DNA of 64,000 nt from Eledone cirrhosa. Its lineage: Eukaryota. Position numbers and translations under genes: made by a program. Positions 25,801 to 38,105 of this stretch are shown here, one piece after another. Numbering within the stretch: the first letter of the stretch is position 1; every line of letters starts with the position of its first letter. The notes under the pieces are model-generated. The model did not search any database. It had not been told where the DNA came from and worked only from the letters and a program-made list of their open reading frames with translations. The DNA is taken from assembly GCA_964016885.1 (NCBI GenBank), contig OZ024740.1, positions 354,950,001 to 355,014,000 on the forward strand. The letters are read 5' to 3'.

Positions 25801-26221
25801 AGACTTTTAGATTTGACTGTTGTTTATTTATTCGTTACTCAAATATATATTTGTTAATTGTAAATTATAATTATGAAATATGATGTTTATGAGAGGTTTT
25901 GTAAATATTTGAAGAAAAATAAAAGACATTTTTGTACATGGTTTGAGTTGTTTTATGAAGTTGAATATATAATGTGGATAGTCTTGACAATGAACATTGA
26001 TGTTTTAGTTAGTTTTGGTGCACAGCTGTTTCCTGTCTCTATTTTATTTAATCTTCTTCTATTAGTCAGTCTTGTCAGAGATTAAGATGTCTAGCTGAGG
26101 AATTTGTAAAACAATAACATAACACCACATAGTTGAAGGGAAAATGTACTAATTGTTTGCCAACAAATTTTAACTAAATGAACTTTAAACTTTAAAATAT
26201 CAAACATAGTAATACATATTA

Positions 26222-26403
26222 TAATTGTTTCTACTTTTGGCACAAGGTCAGCAATTACCCAGTGCATTACTGGTACTTTATTTTATCGACCCCGTAAGGA
26301 TGAAAGACAAAGTTAATCTCGGCGGGATTTGAACTCAGAATGGCAAGGACTCTATGCGTCAAAGAATGCCGTCCGACCTTCTACCGATACTGCCAATCCA
26401 CCA
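26222..26403 (-). mobile_element. Same SINE family
   Basis: Reverse complement of 18349-18535. Confidence 0.85.
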
Positions 26404-27339
26404 TTAATTAATGATATTTCTTCTTGTATTTACTTTCTTCTATTATCTTAGGATTTTCATATCACTTGAACTGATCTCTAAATTGATAATACACTTTCAT
26501 ACTATTGTACTTAATACTGGGAAATGTGTCTGCAATTTTATACTGTATTTCAATATTTCTAGCTATAATCCATCTTATAATTGCTTGGATTATGTTCTTA
26601 GTACTAATGACATTAGCTCTAAAGTTTAATATCTCAAATATTTTTCTCCTATCATTATGGGTCAGATAGTATTTTTGTTGCTGGCTAACAGAAGACCTAA
26701 TTTTTAAGAAGACCTAATTTTTATTTGATACACTTTTTTTTATCAGAATATAAATTGCATGGGATATATAGTAATTATATTTTCTTCAATGAGAAAAGAG
26801 CAGCGACTTTATTCCATTTCATCTTTTGTGTAATTTTGGAAGCTCAAATCTGTAATTTATGGCTGATCATTTTAGTATTTAACTATTTCAATTGGTTGAT
26901 AAAAACTTTAGCTTGCAATCTAATGGCATTTTATATCATCAGCAAAATGAGGTATCAATAGATTTCATATTCTTATATATAATGTCAGATACATTTTACT
27001 CTCAGAGAGAGAAAAAAAAAAGCAAACAAACAAACAGAAAAAAGCATTAATCTTCTTTTCTCTCATTCAAGAAACTACGGGACATCCCCAAAGTCACTAG
27101 ACTATTTTATATAAATATATATATTGACTTTTGGGACACCATGTACATGAAAAATGTAACAATTGGTAAGAACAATCAATGATATCCGAGTGTATCGAAG
27201 GGTAATTCTTCATTATCTTTGGTGTTTCCCTTCTCCAGTTACCATACCATTTCTAATATTTTCGTCATACCAATCACCATGCGTTCATCCCTGTTTATCA
27301 TCCTACTCTGAACTTTATGACTATCAATCTGATTACATT

Positions 27340-28370
27340 GATGCCTTCACATAATAGAATGTGTTGTGTGACGAGCCAATGGCTGGTGATTCATTGTCAA
27401 GGGATGCGACCCTCACACCACAGTGTTGCAAGTCATTTCCTCAAATGCAGTCAAGAAAAAATGTGTGTCACCAGGTAGGAGGTATTTATTTAGATGTTCT
27501 GATGTTCATTAATGTGAGCACTAGCTTTTGTTATGAAAGAGTTTCTGAGAAACCAATGTCATTTGTTCTAAGTTAAATATAAGATCCCACTACATGTCTA
27601 GTGTACTTATAGTTTGCATTTGGGACATAAAATGGAATTTCTAACCACTCTTTTTCTGCATACTGAGCATGGCTGAAGGGATCTGGGCTCTGTTTTCCTT
27701 TCTACTTACTTGGACTTTTGTCTTTGCCAAGTTGACTTTAAGACCTTTTGCTTTCAAGCTATGGTTTTGGAATTTCTTCCTTAATTTTGCCATAGATTTG
27801 GTTATGTGGGTTAGATAATCAGCATATAGGAGTTCCCATGAGCAACCAGTATTAAGCTCTTCTGTTATAGTCTGCATAACGATAACAAACAGGAAAGGGC
27901 TAAAAACAGAGCCCTGATGAACACCTAATTGCATGCTGAATTCTTCACTATAATTTTGTTAATTCTAACCTATTCATTGCTTGTACTACCCTCACAAGCC
28001 ACTCATCTACTCCTAGTTTTCTAAGAGCCCTGCAGATTATGGAACGGGGTTATGTCAAATGCTTTCTCCAGATAACAAATGCTTCTTATGCAGTTGAGTC
28101 ACAAAGAAGAGTGCATCAGTGGTACTTTTACCTAGCACAAACCAAACTGCATCTCATCTAGGTTAACCTGGTCCCTAATCAGTTGTGCGATAATTCTTTC
28201 TGTAACTTTCATGACCTGGTCCATCAACTTAATGCCTCTATAGTTTCCGCTGTTTAGTGCATCTCCTTTTCCCTTGTAGCAGTTGACACTGCTGCTGTTA
28301 TGCTAGTCATTGGGTATGGCACTATTCTGTATTACTTAGTTTACTATACATGTGGTTATGGTGTGACCCA
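27340..28370 (-). mobile_element. Decayed RTE LINE reverse-transcriptase region
   Basis: GVHQGSVFSPFLF...WELLYAD...GLKVNLAKTKV. Confidence 0.85.
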
Positions 28371-30929
28371 CCATATGTGTGTGTGTGTATAGATAGCATG
28401 ATTTAACTCCACACAACCTGTGGTTCCAAGTCAAAACACAGGAAGTGAAGAGTTAAGTCATATAGTTAATATAAATACTTAACTTCCACATTATTAGTTG
28501 ATTGCTCTTTTCTTTTGTTTGAACCTTTGTGTGTGTATGTGTGTGTGTGTGGAACAATGTAAACTGTTGAAGGTAACACACTTTAGGCAGTATTTGGGTG
28601 ATAATTCTTAGGGAAGAATTCAAGCTTTAATTCTTTTCTTTTTGCTGTCTTAGTCACTGTATTTCAACCAAACTATTTCAAATGATACTGCATGTATCAT
28701 GTTTGCAGCATAATATACAACAATGAGCTATGGTAAAATGATATATACTTTCACTGCTACATACTTTCACCTTTTAAAACATTATTGTGTAAGACAATGA
28801 TAACTTAAACAAATGACATTGATTTCGCGAATATGGCTAATGTTAACATTTACCGTATTTGAAGTAAGCATACTAACTTTTTGCAATGTTAGTATTTGTT
28901 TAGTGTCTGGGATTTTCTCTGATGTTGCTTTTAGTGTAGTTGTTGATTTGGTGAGTTTTGCATGGGCTATTTGATCATCACCAATAGACTGGAAACTTTT
29001 TGTCATTTTTGATTTTGTATGGTGACCTTTGTTAACATTTATTGTCACTAATAATCTATTATCTAAGAGAATCTTTTCAATTACTGTTATTACTACTAAT
29101 CTGTGTTATTATTCTGTTAACTTTGTAAATAAGCTGGTTGAAAGTATTGAGCATCATTTGAGTAACAAGCTAGCAGAATAAATGCTTTGTATTAGTGAAA
29201 TTCTTTACTCAGTTAGGCAGTATCTATGTGGTTACTTCATCAAATAGAAATACTAATTACCATTCTAAAATATTGAGTTCTAATTTAAGTACAAGGCCAG
29301 CAAATTTGGAGGAAAGGCAAAGTTGATTATATCAACCCTAGTACTTCATTGGTACTTTATTTTATCGACCCTGGAAGGATGAAAGGCAAAATTGACCTTG
29401 GTGGGATTTAAACTCAGAATGTGATCATATGTCAGCACAATCAGGCTTGATATAAGCGATAACAGAAACAACTATACCATCACCAATAGCAAGAACGCCA
29501 CCTCTAACAACATCAACATAATTAACCTTTGAGATATCCTCTATGTGGAACTGGATCTTGTTAATGTAACAGTTAGATTTTTCTTGAATCACACCCTACC
29601 CTCTTAAAAAAAAGGGAAGGGCACATTTGATATTGTATTCCAAAATGCACTTTATATTAAAAAAAAGCAACCAAAAAAGAGATATTATTAATTCACAATC
29701 TACACAATTTCCTTATTTCTCTTTAATTGTATGAGGGTCATTAATTTAAAGAGTAATGGCTAAGTTCTTTTGTAGTCTTTAGTTCTATGCTTTTAATAAG
29801 GTTTGAATAACTTTGATAAAAAGATCTTTTAGGGTAACATTTACATGTCAGCATCTTTTAAACTATTGATAAATATTTAGATTATTGAGTGTAGAAATTC
29901 AGATAATAAAGTGGTTATATGTATATAATCCCTAATATACATATATCTGTCTCTATTTTTGTACTCCTGAAGAAGGGCTAAAGCCTGACACATTGAACTT
30001 TCTTTCCTCTTTTCCATATAAAGCATGAAACTAATAAGACTTTTTGTACCTCTGTTTGTTGTTTCCTTGAACTATATATATATAGCTTGCAATATCTTAT
30101 CTCCATCTTAAAGATGGTTGGAGATTGTTAAAAGCTGCAATATTAAATATAGCACAGTAGAATATAACTCAGTGTAACATTGGTGCTGTCATTATCATCT
30201 TATGATTGGGTATATATTTAATAATATTATCTTTTCATTTACATGTGCTATTAGAAAACATAGAAAGTAAAAGAACTGAAAATAACTAAAGGCATTACTT
30301 ATTTAACTATTTTAGTGTTTCTTCTCTTTGATTAGCATATGGCCTTTATATAAGAAGAGCAATTAATAGATAACCTTAAGTAATATGCTGGCAAGTCCAT
30401 TGTTTTGGGTTTTAATGAGGAGTAAGTTATAGCACTTGAGATGAACCAAAATTGCATTAGACAACACAGTAGACCTACCACATAACAACTATCACTCTTC
30501 CAAACTCCTTGTAATTATCTTCATATACAGCTTTCTTATCATTTCCATCATTGTCACCATCTTCATCACTATAGCCATCAATATCATACCACCATCATCA
30601 TCATTAAGTAACTAATTGCTGAACTCTTAACCTATAGAACAAAACCCTCATAATTACCACTTGAATATCCTGTATAGCAAAGGTCAGTATTTTTCCAGGT
30701 TTCAAATGGATTTCTGTATAAATCCACATGTATAAACTGTGTATGAAGTTACTTTCTTTTAAAGTCTTCAGCACTTCTCAATAAATACAATATTGTTATA
30801 ACAATGTCTTCCAACAACAATGGTATATATGCTATGTCCTACCCTGAACCCACAACTAAAATCTTTATCCACATTGTAATACAGTACTAGTAGTGATACT
30901 GACTAGTGCAATGGTAGTGTCAAATCCCC

Positions 30930-31004
<75 letters not shown>

Positions 31005-31009
<5 letters not shown>

Positions 31010-32190
31010 CCATCTTGCCAACAACAACCCTGAGCACTGTTTTGATTTCCATGTGTCTAACACATGTGGGCATGCCTACAAAATCAGAAAACAGCACAGC
31101 TCCCATGACTTTCGGAAACATTTTTTTCATGCTCAGAGTTGCTGAAGCATGGAACAAACTACCTGCATCAGTTGTTAGCTGTTGAGACACTGCATCTTTT
31201 AAAACCTCCATGCTTCCTGAGATTTGCCAACACTACACCTGATGTCCCCTCTCCATACATGTATTTCATGACTCGTACACTGTTCATTTTTCTGACATTT
31301 GTACATTATTCTGTGTACTATACGTGCACCTTTCATGAGTTGTAGTGCATCTGAGCACTCATCATCATCATCATCACCGTTTTACGTCTGTTCTTCCACG
31401 CTAGCATGGGTTAGACGGGTTGTCCTGTTGTGGGCAGTGTCTGGTCGGCTGACCATGCCTTGCTCATACAGGAACTGATTTTGGCTTGATTTCTACAGCT
31501 GGATGCCCTTCTTAACACCAACCTCATTTACAGTGAGTGCTGGGTGCTTTTTTCCGTGGTGCCTACACGTCCACTTTACAGTGTGGGCTGGGTGCTTTTT
31601 TGCCGTGGCACCTCCACGACCACTTTGCAGTGGGAGGGTGTGGGGGCATATTGTCTATATGCTTCAGCTTGTACCCATGGGAGGTCGGGTACTCTGTATT
31701 ACTGTGTGACGCCAGAGGTCACGGTCGTGTGTCATCGCCTTTGAGAGGTGTAATTGGGTAAGGTCGGCTTTTATCACCTCATCCCAGGTCTTCTTGGGTC
31801 TCCCCACTCCGCGGTTTCTATTGACTTCTAGTGCTCTGCACCTTTTTATACAGCTGTCATCCTTCATAAGCATCACATGTCCATACCAATGCAACCGTCT
31901 CTCCTGCACACAGCATTTGATTCCTCTTATGCTCAGTCTCTCCCTCAATTCATTTATGCTTTGCCGTTCGCGTATATTACTATTACACATCCATCGGAGC
32001 ATGCAGGCTTCGTTTCTTTCTAATCTACGTAAGTCTTCCACCTTCAGCGCCCAGGTCTCACTACCATGTAACATTGCTGTTCGGATACACGCATCATACA
32101 GTCTGCCTTTCATTTTGAGGGAGAAGCCTTTTGCAGCTAGCAGTGGCAATAGTTCCCTGTACACAATAATTTCATTATTATTATTATTAT
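31005..32190 (+). mobile_element. CR1-clade LINE 3' end interrupted by the RTE insertion
   Basis: 31005-31359 plus 32158-32190 together match the reverse complement of 9181-9582. Confidence 0.82.
31360..32157 (-). mobile_element. RTE-clade LINE, 5'-truncated (ORF C-terminus, 3'UTR and (GAT)n tail)
   Basis: Open frame KGRLYDACIRTAMLHGSETW...RLHWYGHVM...GRPKKTWDEVI. Confidence 0.9.
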
Positions 32191-32211
32191 ATATATGCAT
32201 ATATATATGCA

Positions 32212-32255
<44 letters not shown>

Positions 32256-32717
32256 TATATACTATATTAAGGTATTGATACATATTGAATATGTAATGAT
32301 CATGTTTCTCAATAAATATACCTTTATATATATATATGTATATATATGCGTGTGTGTGTTTTCAACCCTTGCTGGCAGGGAAAATGACTGTTAAAGAGTG
32401 ATGATGATGATAATATTACTATGACCATCAATTGCCTTAACTCAAATGTTAACAAACCTACACCAAACCCATTCTATCCACAAACACAATCCATAAACCT
32501 ACAATCAACCCCACTCACCAAACACATACCTCACAAGATGAAGTAAAACTCTAACAAGTCCTTCAGAACCATATCCCAACACTCCTAACTAAACAACAAC
32601 CAACTTGCACCTATTACTGGTAAGGAGGTGGTGATTGGTATCATCAGGTTGTAGTTGTTGAATTATGCAGTTTCTTTCTCTCTCTATATATATATATATC
32701 ATTATTTAATGTCCATT

Positions 32718-32896
32718 ATTGGCAGTATCGGTAGAGGGTTGGATGCCATGCTTTGCAGCATAGAGTTACGGCCCTTTATGGTCTGAGTTCAAATCCCGCC
32801 GAGGTTAACTTTGCCTTTCATCCTTACAGGGTCGATAAAATAAAGTACCAGTAATGTACTGGGATAGTTGCTGGCCTTGTGCCTAAAGTAGAAACA
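32718..32896 (+). mobile_element. Same SINE family, slightly 5'-truncated
   Basis: 17-bp TSD attatttaatgtccatt at 32701-32717 and 32897-32913. Confidence 0.88.
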
Positions 32897-33718
32897 ATTA
32901 TTTAATGTCCATTTTACTTGCTAGTTAGTGGTAAAACACAAGTGAAATAAAGTGAAACTGTCTCCAATGTAAGGAAGGCTCAATAAAAGTGATAGATAAC
33001 AGGAAGATGAAGATAATTAGGTCGTAGATACACAGTGTTTGAAAAAAATAAAAGATTGGATAGTTATGATTGGATTGCCTTTGAATGTAGGTTTCCTAAA
33101 TCAGGGCAGACCCAGGACTTAACAACAGCATAACACTTGTTTGATGTGTCTTTCACATCCATACCTGATAATAAATGTTGTAAGTGTTACAGTATAGCAA
33201 ATATTTAAGTTTGTGAAGAAGCTGTCATATGTCATATCTTCATCCCCAAAACTACTTCCTTGTCATGTCAACCACCATATTTTGAGGACATTCTCAAAGA
33301 TGAATATTGTTAACAGTGTTGTTTAGTTCAAGTAGATTAGGGTGGGATATAGACAGGTATATCTTTCATAAGGGGATCATCAGTAGAGTTTCTATAATTT
33401 AAAGAATGAAAAATACTTGATAAATCATCTCTCTCTCAGATTTGAGAAAATGATAAAAGTGTTGGTATATTGACACAAAGACCAGGAGTTCAAATTCCTT
33501 ATTTTTTCAGTTAATGTACTTTTAAATAAGGCTTAGACCATTCTTGGTGCACATCCCAGCTGTTATAGCTATGCAATTATTTGAACACACAAAATAGGCG
33601 GAATAGTAAACTGGACACACCTTTCACTGGTAGCTTAGTACAGTATAATGACAGTATTTATGGATTAGTTATACCTTGCAGTGATTGCTGTATCTAGGAC
33701 TTTGAAACTGAGTATAAT

Positions 33719-33903
33719 TGTTTCTACATTTAGCAGAAGGCCAGCAATTATCCCAGTACATTACTGGTACTTTATTTTATCGACCCTGTAAGGATGAAAG
33801 GCAAAGTTAGCCTCGACGGGATTTGAACTGAGACCGTAAAGGGACGTAACTATGCTGGAAAGCATGGCGTCCAACTCTCTACCGATACTGCCAATTCACT
33901 GCC
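33719..33903 (-). mobile_element. Same SINE family, inserted into an approximately 70-bp tandem repeat
   Basis: 11-bp TSD ctgagtataat at 33708-33718 and 33904-33914. Confidence 0.88.
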
Positions 33904-34876
33904 CTGAGTATAATAACAGTATATATGGATTAGTTACACCTTGCAGTGATTGCTGTATCTAGGACTTTGTAGCTGAGTTCAGTATAATAACAGTATGTAT
34001 GGACTGGTCACAAATTACTTTAGACCATAGTTTATTTCATATGTACAGTGCATGTCTTGTCTCAAAATATTTCATTGATTATCTCAATGACATAGATATA
34101 CTAGAGCAGGCCTGACAGTTGCTACTCACCAACCAGAAATGTAACAAGATCATTTGTTCCAACAAATCTTGAACCCTCCCTCTCCCTGCCCCACCAGACT
34201 TATAGATATAACACAATGCCATGTTATTATGTCAAAAAGCGGGACCTGTAAACATTAAAACATCCACCCTCCTCACACATGCACATGGGTAAATAACATC
34301 ATCATCATCATCATCATCGTTTAACGTCCATTTTCCATGCTAAGAGGACATTTTGTCTATTAGTAACTTCATATGGTCTATTAGCTATACTTAATGGATT
34401 ATGTGTGTGCGCTTACACATGCACACACACACACACCACAGATCATGAGATTTAACTTCATTTGGCATTGAATTAACATTATCTGCTTTGGAGTTCAACA
34501 TCCCACCACTATTGTGTACTTGTCTCACCAGTATTTCCATAGATTTTTATCTGCAGTAAAATCAATTGGAAATAGCTATGCCCCAAGACTCTTTATTTAC
34601 GTCAAGCTCATTAGCCACCACAACCACCACCATCATCACTGCTACCATATCTATTTTTCCATGTAAGCAAGGCTTGGGCAAGTCTGCATTGCAGCACCTC
34701 TCCCTATCTTTTAATGCTGTATTATCTTATTTGTAAGATTCAATGTTTCAGATCTGATATAAATCATTCCTAAATATTTACTTAAGTCTGGTCTCTCTGA
34801 CGTATTCTTTCCGTCACAAATTCTCAAAGATGTTATTCATATCAGCCATTATATTCCCCAGCAGTAGTAGTTTTAA

Positions 34877-35069
34877 GCCTTTATCATTTAAACTGGCTGT
34901 ATCCGGCCAGAATTCTCTCACCTCATTCTGTTCAAACTAGCTGTAACCAACCACTCATACTGATGTTATGCTATTGTTCTCAAAATAAATATCAAAATCT
35001 CATAGATTATGTGAGTTAAAGCCTTTACCATGAAAATATAATAGTATATATAATGTAAATGCTAAAGGG
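34877..35069 (-). mobile_element. piggyBac-type MITE, family A copy
   Basis: TTAA flanks; reverse complement of 6317-6532. Confidence 0.82.
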
Positions 35070-36535
35070 TTAAAAGAGTTGCAGATATTACTAGTAGCTA
35101 ATATACAAATCTAAAAATCTTGAAGTTTACAAATCCCTTGCATTTTTTCTTTTTATTACTCCTGAGACACAGGAGATGTAAAGGTTAAAGATTAACACTG
35201 AATAGTCACCCAATCAGTGATGAGTTATAACATCTGACACAATGTTTTTAGCAAGGTAAATGTCCAAATTCTGACCATTTAAACGATGCTTGTTTAAATC
35301 CATATTAATGTTATTTTTCACCAGTTTATATTGTTGGAAGACTTAACTTATGGTGACCCTCCAAATTTGAAGATCTTTTGAAGGAGGATACCTATAAGAG
35401 GTGTCTGATTACCTACTCTAGACACAAGGGTGGACCTAAATTCAGCAATGCCAGCTATCAAAACACTTGTTAATTATAGAGTGCTCCCACTGTTTACAGT
35501 AGTGAACTCTTTTTATACTTGATGTTTATTTATAGTTAGATTGATTAGAGATTTACGTGTCTTGGTTATAATCATGAATCATTTATTCCTTGGTTCTCAG
35601 TCTGTCAACACAGTTAGCTATGAACCTTTTTCAACTAATTGTACCATTTAGATAAATCAGATGAATGATATTCGTGTGTGTGTTTTTCAAGTAATTATTT
35701 CTATAAGTTATGAAAATAAATATCTGTTAGATATAAATATCTTTTCTGATCATAGCTGAAAGGTAACAACTAGCATGCATTGTTAAAATTCAGGTAGCCG
35801 GTTATATTTTTAAAATTATCACACTGTTTTCTAAATCCTCTTTATATGTAGTAATGTTCAGAACACTTGCCAGGTATAAAGAGTTGTATGGACTACAAAA
35901 TTGCAATCAAATCATACATCTTGATTTTTATTTGTTGTTAAAATATGAATGGTGTCTAGATGTGTTACTTTTTATGGATTACTGAATGTAAATATATTTA
36001 TGTATCTAGACATACATATAAATATAGATTCATTATCTTGTTCCAATCATGTTATTGTCGTTAGTTTTATGTTGAGTTTTCTCTGCTCTCGTTGGTGTCA
36101 GTGTGTGAATGAGTGTGTATGTACTGACACAATCTTCTAAACATAAGTATAAATAGCAATTACACCATAGAAGAGAAATTTTAGCCACTGAAAACATACT
36201 AAAGCTGTTATATTAATTATAAATTTATTTTGTGAAATCAACAAAATATATAAAAAGTGACTAGAGTATCTTTTGTGTGTTTTTAGATTACTAAAATGGT
36301 TGTTTCATAATTGGTTCAGTTTCAACACACAATATCTGATCAAGCCATTTGCCAAACAAATGCAACTTTAGAATAAATATAAATAATAAATACAAAAATA
36401 TAGCAATACATATCGAAGTGGTGAATATCAATTGTTGTTCCATATGGTGCTTACAGATATTTTGTGTGTATAGTAGTTGAGTTTTATTTATATATTTAAA
36501 GAGTCTGTAACCCCTACTTTCCCTCTCTCTCTCTC

Positions 36536-36572
<37 letters not shown>

Positions 36573-36798
36573 GTGACCCTGAGCCAATCCTCTGCCAATC
36601 TTCTTGTAACAGGTTGATACATAATAAAAATCTAAATACATGTAAATGAAACTTTATCGTTTATATATATATAATGATGATGATGATATATATATATCAA
36701 GGGCTTGGAGCATTATGCCACTGCAATTATCAACTGCTTTGGTATGGAACTCTTGAATCACTGAAGCTTCTTGGCAAACAAAAATATGGATACATATA

Positions 36799-38105
36799 CA
36801 GGGTGTGGACGATATTTGTTCGCAATTTTCAACTGCTAATTTTATGCAAATTTTTTTTACTTCCGTTGTCACTCTTGTCTTCATAAAAACAGTGACTATA
36901 TTTCCATTATTTATTTTCAGAATAATTGATTATGAATAATTTTGAACCTCCAAATGTGTGGAAGAGACACAGAGTTGTTCTTGGAATCCGCTCCGGGAGG
37001 ACAAATAAGGAAATTTCAGACTTTCTCAGTGTCAGCAGGAGAATGGTGGAAAAGGTCAGAAAGGAATTGGAAGATTCAGGATTCGACTACAAAGCAACAT
37101 CAGAAAGGAAAACATATGATTGACGATCTGACGCCTTCAGAACGCCCGAGTTCGTCGCTGAAGTTCAGGATATCATCAACAATGAACCTAGCAAGTCGAT
37201 GCGTGCCATTGCAAGGGAGAAAGGTGTGGATGAAAAGCTCATTAGGCTGGTGGTACATGAAGACATTCGCTACGTTTCATACAAGATGAGGAAAGGACAA
37301 TTTCTGTCAAAGGCGATGCAAGAAAAGCGACTGAAGCACGCAAAGAAGCTGATCAACAAGTTGAAACACCCACTGGAGCCAGACATGCTATGGTGTTTCT
37401 CCGACGAGAAAAACTTCTGCCAAGACCAGAAGATCAACTCCCAGAACAACAGGTGGCTCGCTGTCTCATCCAAAGACGTGCCCAGAGTCATGCAGACAAA
37501 GTTTCCAGCGACAACATTGGTCTTAGGTGTCGTCAGCAGTCAAGGTGACGTCATACCACCTCACTTCTTCCCTGAGGGCCTCAAGCTGAACACCAATGGC
37601 TACATCCACGTTCTGAGTGAGGTAGTAAAGCCCTGGATCGACCAGGTAGCTGCAGGTAGGCCGTACTTGTGGCAGCAAGACTCAGCGTCCTGCCATACCA
37701 GCCGAAAGATCCAAGCCTGGCTGTCAGAGAACTTCGTCGACCACACTTCACCTGACATCTGGCCTCCCAGCTCGCCTGACTGCAACCCCCTCGACTTCTT
37801 TGTGTGGGGCGCAGTGGAACGAGACACCAACAGATCTAGCTGCAATACGAAAGACGATCTGAAGGCCAGGATCACAAGTGCCTTTAGGGGCCTAAGTCGG
37901 GGGACAGTGACGAAGGCCTGTAGCCGGTTTCGAGGCCGCCTTGAAATTGTCATCAAAGCCAATGGCGGGTTTATCGAGTGAGATCGAAAGAACAAGTCAT
38001 GAAGACAAACTGCTCCAAGTTTGATAAATATATCTTAAAAAATAAAACTACTGTGTTATTTTTTCCTAGACAGTAATCTTGCGAACAAATATCGTCCGCA
38101 CCCTG
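36799..38105 (+). mobile_element. Full-length Tc1/mariner DNA transposon, DD37D (maT) family, 1307 bp
   Basis: 27-bp TIRs CAGGGTG(T/C)GGACGATATTTGTTCGCAA at 36799-36825 and 38079-38105 (one mismatch), with TA on both sides. Confidence 0.95.
36932..37981 (+). pseudogene. DD37D transposase, 349 codons, with one in-frame TGA at 37121-37123
   Basis: ORFs 36926-37123 and 37199-37981 share a frame. Motifs FSDEK, WQQDSA and SPDCNPLDFF are present, with 37 residues between the second and third Asp. Confidence 0.92.

Noticed and set aside
36921-37981. In-frame FAM135-transposase fusion (SETMAR-like domestication)
   Set aside because: Phase-0 splicing meets TGA at 36927, the transposase frame has TAA at 36923, and the ORF has an internal stop.
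37600-37995. 131-aa antisense ORF
   Set aside because: Shadow ORF of the GC-rich transposase with no independent support.
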